Shown: positions 13,101 through 28,343 of the stretch, in pieces
Layout: each line of letters begins with the position of its first letter
How positions within the stretch are numbered: the stretch's first letter is position 1
Assembly: GCA_964276515.1 (NCBI GenBank)
Contig: OZ193909.1
Location: forward strand, 4,278,001 to 4,342,000
Direction: 5' to 3'
Origin: Gordius albopunctatus
Taxonomy: Eukaryota
Length of the DNA: 64,000 bases
Translations under genes and position numbers: made by a program
Notes under the pieces: model-generated
Seen by the model: the letters and a program-made list of their open reading frames with translations, nothing else
The model's database searches: none
What the model was told of the DNA's origin: nothing

Positions 13101-16100
13101 AAATGATTTATTAATAGCCGTTGAATGTAAAAGATCGTTAATTTTAATATTGAAGTAATTTGTCACCTAATTAAATTAGAGTTTTTATAAACAAAGTTAT
13201 TATTTAATCATTGATTGCCTAGACCTTGATCTAGGCATGCTTGGATTGTGGCTGAGGGAATCTAATATTACGTCTGTTTTGTATTGCATAATAGAAGAAA
13301 AATTCTTATTTTTATTAGTTTCTCAGAGATATTTGTTTAAAAAAGTATAAAGTAAAGTAAATTTCTGCTGCCTCTTCTGACTATTCCAATGATTATTTAC
13401 AATGGTTTCTGAGGTAACCTTTGATTTTACCACCGGACACCAGTTCTAGCTAAAAGCACGTAGGTATGTTAAAGTATGCCTTTATTCACTTGACAATCTT
13501 TTTGATACTTTTTACACGGAATTTCTTCCTTAGCTACGTCTTGGCCCCAAAATATTCAAAAGTAAGATATTTGTTGCAATATATTTTTTATTTACTAGTG
13601 TGTTTGGGTTACATAAACCATGGACCGAAATAAAATATGCGTTTAAATAATAATCGTTCTTTACACATTTCCCACAATCGAAACATGTAAAATTTATTAA
13701 TTCGCTCCTATTAATTTGTTCTCTCTTAAGATCATTCATTTAATCCAAATAAATAATATCTATTTTTTGCCCTAAATAATTAACTGTATACCAGGCATTT
13801 TTCGGGTCTGTAAGTATACAATTTTTAAAGGGTTCTATAATCTGTTTCAACTAAGACTAATTTACTAATTTCTTGAATGTGCAATAAAATCAATCTAACT
13901 TTGCTTTTTTGTACTTCTTCTACACCATTTATAGTCAACTTCTCTGGCAAGACTAAATATGTTTAATAGATAACGTAACAAATTTTCTCCTTTTTTAAGG
14001 ATTGCAATTGCAAGATAAATGTAAAATCTCTATGAACCGTAATGTTATGATGACGAATTCAATGGTGCGTAATTGAAAGTAAGGTGTCAAGATTTTCAAC
14101 TACTTTAACGAGAGTTATAGGTCCATTGGGAATGGAGAACGATTTTCAAAAGTCCGAAAGCTAGTTGTAAAAAGTTTAAGACTACTTTTTGGAAAATTTA
14201 GCCTAATTCATTAGGCCGGAAAAATCCTATAAATCATAGCAAATAAGTTTATCATAATGAAAATAAATTAAAAAAACTTAAATTTAGTTAATATTTCATT
14301 GATATGCACAATTTATGTAAGCTCCTCACGTGGTTAAAAGTGGCGTAATTTTAAAAATTTTATCATTCCATTTAGGGAAAACGTTTTTGAGCATTGTTAG
14401 CATTGCGCTATACGTAGGTTGAAATTTAAAATGTATTGAATTTCTTAATTTATGTTATTTTTGGCCTTAACACGATGGATGTGGCATTAAAATTAATCGA
14501 ATTTTAATGAAATAACATCCCAACCATTCTTTTCTCTGTTTTCAAGCAACCACTAACAATATTTTATTAATTTTCTTATGTTTTGGGGACGGGAAAAAGG
14601 CAGAAAGCATAAAAGTATAAAATCCTAAAATATTATTGCAACTGCTAGTAGTGATTTATGAGAAGCGTTCATTTTGTTAATTGGTCAACAATATAAAACA
14701 GTTCCTTTAACTTTTTTAATTGCTGCGAACATTGATTTGACATGAATTGGGCAAATTTATTTTTGTTGGCCAACACAATGGCAATTTGTCAAAACTGTAA
14801 AACCAATTCATGGTCACGAGTTAGCTTCCTTGTATCATTGTGTTTTGATTGATTGCACATATACCATATTTTCCTCCGTTTTTTTGACTGTCATCTTTTT
14901 CTTTGAAATAAATCTTAATTGAAAAAACGTGATTTTTTTGTCCTAACATAGCTACTCTGAGTTTTACTCTACCTTTATTTTTCAGTTTAAACCCAACGTT
15001 GATGCGGCTTACAAATTGCGATTCAAAATCACAATTGTTTATCTCTTCGTAATAATTGTGTTACGTGAATAGATTTTTTATCCCAGGTCAGCTAAATATG
15101 TTCATATTGGAGTTTGTATGAGTAATTTACAATAGGCGCCGTATTACTAGACAATCCAAAACAAAAAAGCTTAAGGAGAGTTGGATTTGGAGGAAAAAAT
15201 GAATAATATTAGATTGGCCTCGTCTTGAAATTTAGTCGAGTAACTGAAGAGACTTTGCATGAAAGTTTTGGTAATAGGATGGAATATCTCTCTTAAAAAA
15301 TTCCCGGCAGGTCCGGTTCTATGCCTTAATTGCCCGCCCTACCCACCCGAACTCTTTTAAGTGTCCTCTCCCCTAACCTGAATTGGTTATCTAAATTTTT
15401 TGCCTAAATTTTGTTATTATTCAAAATAAATTGAATTCTCGTTTTTATTTTGAATTAGAGCTACGATTAATAAATATTAAGAGTGACAAAATAATATATG
15501 AAAGCAAAAGAATACATTGTTTGAATATTTCGTTAAGTTAAGTCCGAATAGCTTTCTCATCACTGCTAGTAATTTTTGTGCGTGAATTCAAAGTAGTGTG
15601 GGTAAGATTTAAAAAAAATTACCTTAAAATTGAAAATGCAAAGACAAAGTTTAAATGGGTTTTGTGGGAATATTTATTTTGGCAAACCCTAAGGGTCATT
15701 ACATAATATATCACATATTCATTCCACATATTAAAGGTTTCATTGGTGATAGTTTGCAATCGTAATATTAATTTTGGTAATGCCGGGATGGTAAACACGG
15801 CAATCTTAAAATTAGCGAAAAGGGATCATTTTAGGTTTGAAAAACAAAACTGATTTATAGCAAATTGGTATTTTTCTTTAAAATTAGAGAGGTTCTACCC
15901 TTCCCTATTATGATATAAAGATAATATGTGTTTAAAACCGCCACGTATACATTTATTATTTTGTGCTTATAATTCCATGGGCAGCATTGTCAGGATTGGA
16001 GCTAGAGAGCGACAAGAATGCTCTAAGGTGGGAATAATATATTTATTTTTTTATATTTAAACCTTAGTTATATTGAATCTTGAGGGTTGCTGGATTCGGA

Positions 16101-19100
16101 GGGGCAGCGTTCAATTGCCCTTTTAAGCTCATTTAGATCATAGATACTACACTCATAGGATTCTATATACAACAATTTTATATGATAAAATAATTCGTTA
16201 TTATAGTATTCTACCAATATTTATCTATATAATTAAGATTCCTTATTGAATTGAATAGCGAGTGTTCGGTGTTTATATTTAACTTAAGAAGCTTATTAAT
16301 AAAATGAAAAAATAATTCTTTAAGGCAACTTATTATAAAAGTTAGGCTCTGCTGTTGCTATATAATGCCTCAAAAAAATTAATTTATTCTATCCTATATG
16401 TATCTGCAAAAAAAAGTTTACTAATTTAAATTTTTGAGGGGGTCCTTCACCCTTGAAGCCCTTATGAAAATAATAAAACTTTTTGGGAATTTGGTTCATC
16501 TCAAGTTATTTTAGAAAAATAATTTTAAATTCTATTAACATTCCATCGGTAAATTAATTTAACGGCAATTCTCTGGAGGCGTGAGGCTAATTAAATGAGT
16601 ATAAACCCGAGTGGTGCTTGAAAAGCCGCTGATTTAATTAAAGTTTAGAGTCTCACAAATGATTTTATTAAATTGAAAGGAATTTTGGTTTAAAGAGAGG
16701 AATTTTTATAAAATTTAATAAATTAATTCTCCATTTTAAACCCATAATTTTTTACCTACATTATTAGGATGCTTTATTTTTAAATATTATTTTATAAATC
16801 AAGAATCTCGATAATAATGATAGTTTTCATCTATGACAAAAAAAAACAAGATATTTTTTTATAACGGTATGTTGTATCTCAGGACAGTGAGTGAATTGGT
16901 AAAATCTATTCAAAGTTTGCTTTTAATATTATCTTTGTTCTTTGTTGATATTACCAATTAAGATAATTTGTGGGACTTTTATGATAAATTTTATCATATT
17001 ATGTTTTTACTCTATTGATGGCTTCAATAATTATTAAACCAACAAGTTATATAAAGGTTCACGCTACCTTAAATATACATGCTTAATGTTTACTTAAGTT
17101 AGATATTAGGTTGGGCGATTATTTTTTTGTATATTATAATTATTTAAGTCGGCATCTAATATATTGTATATATTAACAAGGTTCAATGTATAGATTTCTA
17201 AGTCTCTACGGCGTAGCTTATAAATTATTTAGCGCCATAGTTCCCTATAATTTAAAAAATTCAGGCAGCAGCTTTATAGTTGGGTTTATGTAAAAAGGAT
17301 TGAAAAGTTACTCTTTTTGTCTGTTGCATCCTGATCCTCACACATCTGCCGCTTATTAATAAATAATTATGTAATTATAGTAGAATGAGTGGAGTAGAAC
17401 TTATTTTCCAAGCTAGGCCTTTTAGCCTGCACGCAGGGTTTTAAGTTTGCGATTGAAATAGTATCCGATCTCGCTCGATACCTTTTTAATAATTCTATTT
17501 GCTATTTTCTTGATAAAGAAATAAATTATATTTAAAAAAACTTTTTATACCATTACAAACAATCTTTACCATATATAAACGCCAATTAATATAAAGTCTT
17601 AAGTAGTCTATTAAAGTATATATAATAAAGAATTCCAAATTATATCGTTGATTTAAGCAAAATTTTATGTCCTCTTAGTAAAAATCTGGCCAAAATATAT
17701 TCTATATTATTTCAATTTAATAAACTGAAATATTATTAAAATAGTAGCTATGCAATTTATGGTTATAATAATTGAATATATTATAGTATGGGTTTATGAT
17801 ATTTAAAATTTTGGGAATATTACAATAATAAACCTACATCAAAGCTAGGCCATGGTGTTATATAAAATATTTCCAATAAATCAAAACGCAGATAACTTAA
17901 TTTTTCAATTTTAAAAAGCTATCAAAAGGGTTTTAAGTTTGAAGTTATTAAGCGATAGCAAAGGACATCTTAATATAATTCTATACATATTTGCTCTCAA
18001 TTTAAGCTGAGCCGTATTAATCAATCAAATAAACTTTATGCTAACTTTATTCAAAAAACTGGCTTTAAGTTTAGCTTCACAAATTAATAAAAAAAATCTA
18101 CAAAGTTTTTCAAAACACATCTCTAAATCACTACTCTAATTAGATATGATGTCCAAGTACATATTAAATTAACTGAAAACATTTCAAATCATCCCAACAA
18201 CCGTCAATAATTTAGGTATTATATTAACTAATTTGAGCTATGATTAGGTCTAGACAAGTCCTGATTGGGTCCCAAAAAATAAATTTAATTAGATTAAAAA
18301 GGAACTTTAACAATATTTTAACCCAAAGATGATTACTAATATCACAAAAGTATAAATTTGATCTAAAAGTTCATAAGGGTGATTTATCAATCTTAAATCA
18401 TGGAATGGGAATAACCTGACAATTTTAGCTGATTTAACAGTTTGTTCAAATTTTCCATTTTTTGATTTACCACGTGCAGATCGTTTGGCGATAAAAAATA
18501 AGTTTTTTCATTATAGGAGTCAGATTTGGTGATCGTTAATCGATTAATAGCGTTTGCATGAATAATCATAGGCCTCACTTTAAAATTGAGTTTTTCTCAA
18601 CGCAACGGCTGCTACATGAAGTTTGTGACTATTGTTAAAATAAACACCTCATTTAAATAATACTATTATTGATAAATTTTTAATTTCCTACAAAATTATA
18701 TTTTCTCATAATAAACTTTTCCATTTTGCATAAATTGGAATCATAGAATTTATTTAACTGTATACAAAATTTACGTGTGTCCAGCGGGACTTTCTCGTCC
18801 CCTCAACTAAAATTTAATTTTTTTTATTAATAACTAATTTAAATCGGTTTATAGTTTAGTTGCATAAAAGATTTTAATGTCTTTAATATTAACTAAATGA
18901 CAATATTTTCTGCCAGTTGAATAACTTGCATAAAATCCATGTCCTTGGGTATAAAAGCGATAGTAAATGCTGTGTGATTGATGAAAAGAAGATATTTTTA
19001 CAAAGCTGATTATAGCTCCTTGAAGTTTCGCATCTATTGTAGGCGAAGTTTGTTTTTGTTAAATTATCAATAAAATTGTCGAAATTTTTATGAATTTTTC

Positions 19101-22100
19101 CTTCCCGTTAAAAAAATCCTGGCTACCCGCCCGACAACTGTATATAAATCTAATCATTTTAATAATTAGGCAACATTTCTAGCTTTTTAAATCGTGTTTT
19201 GCAGAGGATTCGACGGAAAAAAAATTGACAAGATGTTTATATAAATATAATGAAAGGGGCTGTTGATATAAGCTATTCGATTTAAATATCAATTTAAAGT
19301 TTGAATTGATTAATTTCAAAAAGGTTGATGGATTGTTAGGATGTAAGCCAAATTTTAAAATGGCTTAACTATAATAATTTGAAAAGGACTCAGGTATTTT
19401 TTGATAAATTGGCTCCATGAATTTTTTCGAATCCCAGTGGCGTAAATTGGACATTTTAAGAAGTCCATAATTTAAAAGTATCTTATCGGAAAAATTTATA
19501 TGCAAAAACGCAAAAAAATTCTAGGTTCATATACAATTGCTATTTAGTTTTCCTATAATATCTTTTCATTATCATATATGAAACACTATAAAATAAAGCA
19601 CTTTAAAAATCATATATCAAATTACTTTATTAAGACTGAAGTTATTTTTATTTAAGTTTGCTCTCTTTTTTTTACCCCATAAACCACTCATAAACATTTT
19701 ATCTTCTAATGTATTAAAAATTTATGGTTTTAGGTTACACTTTTGTTAGGTGCAAATAGTTTAGTACCTACAACTCATAATACTGGTTGATAAACAGCAA
19801 AATTTTTATAAAATTGATGCTCGCACGACAATTATTTTACTTTACCTATTATCTGACTACGAATAGAAATTAAATTTTTTGAAACAAAATGCATAAATTT
19901 CGTGATAATGGGAGCTAAAGTTGATTTAAAAACGTAGTTAAATCGAATAAATTTATATTTATAAGCATGCTTTTGGTTAAAATGCACATCAAATTTGTTA
20001 AATATTTTTACTCAACTTGCTTTGACTCTTTTAGAAAGGGGCTGATTTTAATTTTTTCTGGGGGGAGGGGGGTAGCACAATTATTTTTTATTAAAATTTG
20101 CATTTTTTTGACTTCAAATTAATCAATTATGTGGTTATAATTTTAGGGAGAAAGGCATTTTTAACATTATAGAAGCCCTGCTTTTGACAATCATATAATT
20201 TAGCTAAAAAATAATGCAATGTCAAATGCGGTAAAAACTAATATCTCCTCCTATTTATCCCTTTGACGTTAAATTTCTAATACAAAGGAGTTTTAATTCT
20301 ATATTTTTAAATTTGCTATCACTCACGGCCCGATTTATTTAATATATAATTTAATTTTTTATTTAATATATATTATTAAATTTTAAAATTTTGCTGTACT
20401 TTACAATCGCAATATATTTTAGAATCATTAAATATTTTAAAAATCAAATTTATCTTGAGTTTATTAAGATGTTGACTTTAAACGACTTTCTTTTTTTACC
20501 TATGAAATTAAATTGGCATAAGCCTGCCCGCTAAAATATAACCTCAATCAAATTCAAACTAAATAAATTTTCTGAATCATTGCATACTTTACTGTAGTTG
20601 ATATAAAGAATGTTGTGTATTTAATGAAACTTATTAAACATCTATAATCTTTTGTTGTATATACAAACACAAATTAATTAATCTATTTGATTAAAGATTA
20701 AAGTGCTCAAACCTACCTGCCTAGCACATCTGCTCTCCCGTGCTGCCCGTTATGATAATATAATTACTTTTTAAAATCAAAGAATTTTTAATTGCTTTAC
20801 CTCCATCTCAATCTTAACTTTCAAAAGGTCCACATGTCATTACTATGTCCTCCCGCTTGTAAGTTTAAATGCTAGCCCTGTCATTGTGTAGTCGCAGGCA
20901 AAGGTAAATTGAAAAAGTAGGACTTCTAAGAAGAGAGACCTCTTTATAAACAAACCACTTAACATACATGAGGACATAAAGGGTTTTAATAAATTAAGTT
21001 GTTGGTGTAAAAAAGAGGGGGGGCACGATTAAATTTCCCTTTTGCCCTTTCATAAAAATTAATCGACTATTGTTGTTATAAAATGTTTTATTCTGGTCAC
21101 ACCAAAAAAAGTAGGCTCTCGAGTCATTTTTATATACCTGCCTGGTAGAATTATAATTCCAAGGCTCTGTCGTCAAGTGGTTTATTTGTCAAACTACTTA
21201 GCGATATAACATTTAGTGACAGAAGGTGGCCTGCTTTGTAATTATAAAATTGACAGATTTACATCACAAACTGACTTTTAATTAACTCCATAGCGATAGC
21301 TAATAAACATTTACGTGTCGAGAAAACAATAAAATTTTATCTATTAAAGGTTGGTTTAGGATAAAATACTTATAAGGAAAATTTTAGTTTAAAATTTTAG
21401 GGTAATTTTTCTGTTTTCGGTGGTAATGAATTTTTTTTGTAAATGTCGGACGGAATTGTGATATGTTATAAGGGTGCTTTATTTCAAAAAAGTTATATTA
21501 TTAAATTTGGAACTTTTTGCTCGCTAAATTTATGACTAAAAATTGTTAGACCATTATTGATTTATTATGCCCAAAAGGACCTAGAATTTCGGAATTTAAT
21601 ATATATTAATGATTGCAGTCATCAATATAAGTCAACAATTCGACTTTTTAATATAGTTTAAAAATTCTCCAAGTATAAATATTATTGCAAAAGAGGTCAT
21701 TTAGTTTTCCCTAAAAGAAATGTAGTTAATATTTTTTGTCATTGTCTTAAAGATGTATAAGAACTCTAACAAATTCAGTAAAAAAATAACATATAAAACC
21801 AAAATCGTCAATATAATTTTAACTATGCTATAATGGCACAACCTGTAATGCAAAAGCACTTATAAACTCATAAAAACCCCTTCACAATGTAATTTTACGT
21901 AGTCCACTTAAGGATAAGTAGTCCGTGTACAAAAGCGGACCCGTCTGGATACCTGGTATATTGTTCATCACATCAGCGACAAGACGAGCATATGTCATAG
22001 TTTTGCTAGACCTTGACGACAATTTGTAATAAATTTCGAATTATCCTCTTATGTATTGCTTGAAAACTTATATTGCAGACCAAACCAGTATACTATAGAA

Positions 22101-25100
22101 GAGTGTGCCTTCTTGCCTTGCTTCCACTTGAGTCGTCTATCTATTGTAACTTCTTCGGGGGACAACTCTCTATAGCATGTATGGAAAATGGCATAAAATC
22201 ACGTTATTACAATCATAAACACATTCATTATACGTTCAAGGCCATAACTACTATCAATGGCAAGCTAGTTTAAATAAGCTTAAGATTTACGTATTATATT
22301 GAATGTTTTAATCAGATTAACTTCATAAGCCTATTAAAGGGCAAACAACATATACATTGATTTTGTCAATAGAGCGTGCGTAATCTTTAATCTTTTAATT
22401 GCGAAAAGGCCGGTTGAACTGGTACGATGCGTTTTGTAATTATTCCAAGTTCCAACCGATGTCATCACATCCGTCGCTGCGATAAGGTGGGCAGGTGCTT
22501 TTTCCAGGATTTTGATAGGATAAAGTATCGGTGTCATACTCAATATCAATGGTTGAGGACCCGCAATTATAAAGTCTGTTAGGTACAGCTAGGGCTTTGC
22601 ATAATTTATCAAGACCGTTCAAACGAAATCGCATAGGTCAACAACACAAAAATGTTGCATATTCATTTTAAATGAATAACAGGCCTATAGCAGTTTTAAT
22701 TTTATGATATTTAAAAATGAGTTGCTTACTTTCAACAATATTAAGGTTTAAAATTTTAATAATTTTCACCTTCCCGAAATAACTATCGAACTTTGTTCTA
22801 CCTTTTAATTAAAATCCTGTGTAGGTAGTATTTTAAACAAATGTACAGGTGTTGTTGATTTTATATTTTATTATCTGTTCGGTCAATGATATACCTATCA
22901 TCTATCAAAAAATATCCAATGTTTTTATTTTATAGTGATAGCAGGGATGATATGCAAATATGACCTTTTATCGGGCCTGGTGGGTGACTCTCGGTAAAAT
23001 GCATTTTGTACCTTGACCACCCATAAATTATATATATGTATAAGACTTTTTAAAAAGCAGCTCAAAATTAAAGAATTTCGAGAAATGGACACGTATGGTT
23101 TAATAACATTTTAAACTGTTGGTTTGGATTAGGGGGAGGGGGCGAAACTTTTAAAAGTTCATTTATGGTTTGGGGGGCAGACATAAAATTTTTGAATTTT
23201 TTATCTTTGTGGTACGGCTTAAATAAAAAAAACGAAGTTTCCTAATCATAAATCTGTTAGTTTTAGTTTGATTGAGTTGGCTTAAATATGTTTTGATCGA
23301 GGATGGGGTTACTTTGCCCAATCCGAAGAAATAAATGGATATTCCCTTACCCATAGTCTCCATAAAAATAACAGCTTAGGGGTCACATTTTTACAAGCAA
23401 TAATTTCTATATCATTATTTTTAATGACGTTTCAATGAATGCCCTTAATTTAATTATTAACCAATGCTTACCATCCTTTTCATGATCAATGATTATGCCA
23501 ATTATAAATTACAATAATATTGTCAAGCAAAATTTTTTGGTTAAATCCAGCCTTTAAAGCAAATATTAGAAAAATTTTAGGTTTTTGAATTCAGGAAGAT
23601 AATAAATAGCTTCCTTTTGAGCTTTTATACATTTTTAATGTATGTGCTTTAATATTTCAAGCCAATTTATTCTCTCTTTGAAAGTCTTTAATTTTAGAAA
23701 TACATCCCATTAGAAGTTGCTTAATGCATTACATGCAACACAGCTTATAGTATCAGCGGTGATGTCAAAATCCCCATTAGGGCTCTAAGAGTTGCTCAGC
23801 GAGTTCCTCAGATGTCAAGGACCAACTTAGAATTAGATAAGAACACTTTAAAGGTTTTATTCATTACTTGGATATTTCAAAGAAAAACTTGTTGCTTTTT
23901 AATTTCTTCAAATGCTATAGCAAATATGCTCAAATTTTGACACTATTTTTTTGCGGTTAAATACCATAAAGCACCACGATATGAATAGCGGTGTACTTTA
24001 ATTTATGTAGATTTTATGCAAATTACTAACAACGGTTTTAACTACGCCCCTAAAAAGCTTCCTGCCGAGCAACAAAATCTCCCACCCATTCATTCTAAGT
24101 TGCGTGCTTTTGTAGCATCTCTTTAATCTTTCGATGGGTAGATTAGAATTACACCTTAAGATTGTATTACCGGCTTAAAGCGAGTTTTTTCAAGTGGACC
24201 AACTATGGGCTAGATTGTATAAGGCAAAATTATTTAAAAAAGCATCCTTACAAAAGGAATGTTTCGAAAGTATATGTGGACAGGTAGAAATTAATCCCTT
24301 TACCTCATCTCTCTTGTGTCACAGCAGGACCCGCCTCCTTTGTTTATACAACAAAATGCTGGTGAGCATTAAATTTGATCTTTCATATCAAAGGCTATCT
24401 CTTCTTTATGGAAGGCGGGGCAGCCTTTAGCTTGTTTTAAAATGGAGAGGGAGTAAAAAGAGTATTTACAGCAGAGAGACCAGAAGTCATTGCGGTTGTC
24501 AGTTCAGTGCTGGCTGATGGTAATTGATTATGATGTATTAATGTTTGGTCACCATTTTTTCTAATTGATACGTCATTTTACCGACCACGAGGTTGACTTT
24601 TATTAAATGATCTCCGAATGTTAAAAAGCTTTCTGCAGGTGTTGAAGATCACTAGAACTTCCTGTTTTTGCTTTTGCCTTTAATGTTTGTCCTATAAAAA
24701 GAGTATGTAATGTCTGTCAGATAACTATTTAGACTCTTGAAAATTTAGATGGAATCGTGTCCTCTTTGAAATTAATTAAGAGATTCTGCCATTGAGTTAG
24801 TGATCAGGAAAAATTTGGATTTTTTAATTAATTCATAATGACGGCAAGTGTAGTGCTAATACAGTATTCTTAATTAAATCTAAACTTTTTAAAGAAAACC
24901 TGACACACATTTTCGACACCTAATGAGTCTTCTCCAATTACACTCACGTAATCTAATTTAATTAAATTGTTCGCTTTTAAATAACTACGTAGAACTCAGA
25001 AACGAATATATTTCTTACATACAAATTTTGGTATTTTAACATCTAAAGAGAATTTTGGGGAAAAATAAAACTTCGATTCACATTTAGGTCCTAAAAAATA

Positions 25101-26319
25101 AATATTTGCATATGCAATTTAGAGCGTGGGGTGGGGGGGGGGGGGTTATAAGTTATGCTCGTGCATAGATTTATATCATTAAACATTCCGGCAGCATATA
25201 TCGGTCTAATTCAATTTTAATTTTGTTTATCAAATATAATTTATTCCAGCATTTTGTCGCCGCCTAATATTTTGTTGCAATTACACGGAGTACTTTAAAC
25301 CCTTCTCCCCCCCCCATTCTCTCGGTGCTATTTCTATTTTAAAAATAACGTTGTTATTTCGTATTCCAATCTGTGGATTTTCATTCGTGCTATAAATGAC
25401 ACGGCAGAATATGATGTGCCTCATTAATATTAAAGCTATGCCTCACAACGAAAAAAAATGAATAAAATTATCCATTGCGTATGTCTTAATTCAATTTTAA
25501 TGGATCTTGCTACTTAACCTAACCTCGCAGTCGCCGGTGGTCATCCTTTTCTTTAGCCATTTCTTAGTCTGTCGTTCTCTTCAAATTTCTGTTTCGTGCC
25601 TTACATCAAGATGTCATCTTCTAGCATCGCCCCTTTGTTATACTTCCCTTTTATACCCTAATTTTTAGGTTTTAAGCCAAAATGTTGTATACAAAGTGCG
25701 TTTAGGTGTGTATTTGATTTGGTTAAGGAGTCCTCATAAATATTAATATATTATTCCTTATAAATGTAATATGGTGTGCGGGTGAATAATACCACGATTT
25801 TACCAGCCCAGGGTTTATTACTTATATAGATAATGGTATGAATGAATGTATAAGATTGCGACATTAATATTTTGTTTAAGTAAGACACAATCGTCTTCAC
25901 CCTAAATTCCCTGTAAGTGCCCTCTTTAATACTTTTTTAAAGATGTGTCATTTTACAAATTTTAAATATTCAATGATAATCATTTGGATTAAGATTATGA
26001 CTACATTTGGGGCGGAATTATTTGAATGACCAACAAATATTTACTATGAATGGTTTGAACATCGTCCAGTTAAAATTTAATTTAAACATATTGTTTTATG
26101 TGTTTGCTCCTCAATTCCTTATTCTATGAGTTACGCCTAGACACATTGGAATTAGAGGGGCAATAATATTTTAGGAAGGGCAAAATGAACATTTTTTGAA
26201 ATTTTAGCCGTGCTTCTAATAGATTTCAAAAAATTTTTGGATTTTTAGGGGGGTAGCCGCCTCTCTACCCCCCCCCCCCCCCTACACAATTACCCGGGAC
26301 AAAGTTATTTAAATGAATA

Positions 26320-26343
26320 TAAGGTAAGGTAAGTTAAGGTAAA
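26320..26343. repeat. (TAAGG)n-like short tandem repeat
   Basis: taaggtaaggtaagttaaggtaaa. Confidence 0.6.
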
Positions 26344-26739
26344 GCGGACTCTATTCGAGTGCATTAAATAAATATATCGATCCTAGGAATAATTTTACCA
26401 CCTAACTCACTACTAGGAACCACCTATTGTTTCAAACTAAATAAATATTGATCAAAGTTTTTACCACCAAACTCCCCGCCTAACCCCTTCCTTAGCATCC
26501 CCACACTCGGTCTCACCTATTCCAAGCCGTGTATTGGTTTGTGTTGTGGTGCCAAGCCAGGCCAGGCAACTACTTTATTCTTATTATCCAGTTTAATTAA
26601 AAGCACATAATCGCATCTACTGATCCCTGGGTTATAATGACCATATGGACCTTGAGAGTTAATTAAAATAACGTAAAAAGAGCGTTGAGTGTGAGTGTGG
26701 ATCTGATTGCAAAGGTTGACTACCTCACTAAGCAAATAG

Positions 26740-26757
26740 CACACACACACACACACA
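26740..26757. repeat. (CA)9 microsatellite
   Basis: Read directly. Confidence 0.9.
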
Positions 26758-26918
26758 ATTTGAAAGCATTTTAAAAATTTTATTTTACCATATCGTATTA
26801 TAGTTAGTAAAGTGGTTGAGCAAATATGTAATATCGATTGTGACATTTTTTATGCTTTTGCTTTTTTTAATTATTTGCATTTAATTCCCATCCTTTCCTT
26901 AAATCTAATAGGGTAGAT

Positions 26919-27039
26919 CATGGACGCAGCCAGGTTTTGGAATAGGGGGGGGGGGGGGGCAAAACATAAATTTTTTTAATTTTTAAGGCTTTTTACATTA
27001 AACAATTTTTTTTCGCCACCCCCCCTAGCTACGCCCATG
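26919..27039. mobile_element. Poly-G MITE, hAT-like
   Basis: TIR catggacgcagc/gctacgcccatg; 8-bp TSD gggtagat (26911-26918, 27040-27047). Confidence 0.85.
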
Positions 27040-28123
27040 GGGTAGATTGATCTCTATAAGTGGTAAATTCAAGAGTGTAATATAAAAGTTAATCGGATAT
27101 GATAGGTAATCAGGATTAAGCTAAACTTAACTTTTTACACGAACCTAAAAGCCTTCCCCAAACACAGTGTAAAATTAATAAACAAGTGCAAAGGCAAAAA
27201 TTAAATTTTAAATTGAGCCCGTTCGTGCTTAATTAAACCTAGCGAATGACAAAAAATTGTCGTTCGATGACCCAAAGCAATCGAAACATTTATTTTATCT
27301 CTCGCAATCTCTCCGCACTCCACACTGATTAAAAATGAATTTCATACTAAGCCCAGTCAATGCTTCCTCAAAATTAAAAAGCGTTGCAGAGTAATGCAAA
27401 ATGCAAAAAAATTCCCCAATTTGCGATGTTTAATAAATAATAATTATGTGCCAATTTATAACATGTCTCTCGATGGCGATTTTAGATAAGGGGTAAGCAC
27501 GCCAACACTCCTTTTGTATAGTTTCGAACACCCGCCACCGACACTTTATTGACTGTGACAAAAATCTTAATTAATAATCTTTGGCAAATAGGAGTTATGA
27601 TTTATATAAGCGACACAATCACTGATGATATTGTTTGATTGAATAATTCCACCGCAGTGCTGGTGATACCCCGTTATAATTGATATATACTGTTGAAGTA
27701 TTATAAATCAATTCCTAAAGCAAAAAATTAATGTATACGCTTTTTTTTGTAATTATTCTGTCTGTCTCATTATGCCTGAGACACATCATTACTTCGAAAC
27801 GTGATTGTGCCGCTGAATCCCTCGGGTTAAGGGGACAGTAAGGTTGATTGGAAAACTATGTGTTGTTGGTCTTATTATACCACTACGAACTCAAACGGCT
27901 CGCGCGGGAGATTCCACATATAATCAATCAACCCTACAAGGGGGGTGTGTCGTATGTATCGACTCTAATACCCAAATCCTTTATGCTATCATTATGGTGG
28001 CCATTAAAATTTTATTTCCAGTCAGCAGAGATCTAATATTTAATTAATTTCGTCAATACTCTTTTTGTGGTTGTGTATATATGAAAGGATAGCGGATCGA
28101 GGGCAGTCATTATATGAATCCGT

Positions 28124-28343
28124 CATGGGCCTACCCAGGTTTTGAATTGGGGGGAGGGGCAGATTATTAAAAAATATTTGCTTGACTATCCAAAAATGTT
28201 CCTGCGAGCAAAAAAAGGTCTCGACTATCGAAAATTGTTCCAGCGAAGCGAGCAAAAATTTATTTAATTTTTAAGGGTATTTGTATTGAAATTTCAGCTT
28301 TTTTTAATAATTAGGGGGTGGGGGGGGGCAGGGTACGCCCATG
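28124..28343. mobile_element. Poly-G MITE, hAT-like
   Basis: TIR catgggcctaccc/gggtacgcccatg; 8-bp TSD gaatccgt (28116-28123, 28344-28351). Confidence 0.85.

Noticed and set aside
26320..26343. Interstitial telomere repeat
   Set aside because: The unit is TAAGG, not TTAGG, TTAGGG or TTAGGC, and there are only about four imperfect copies.
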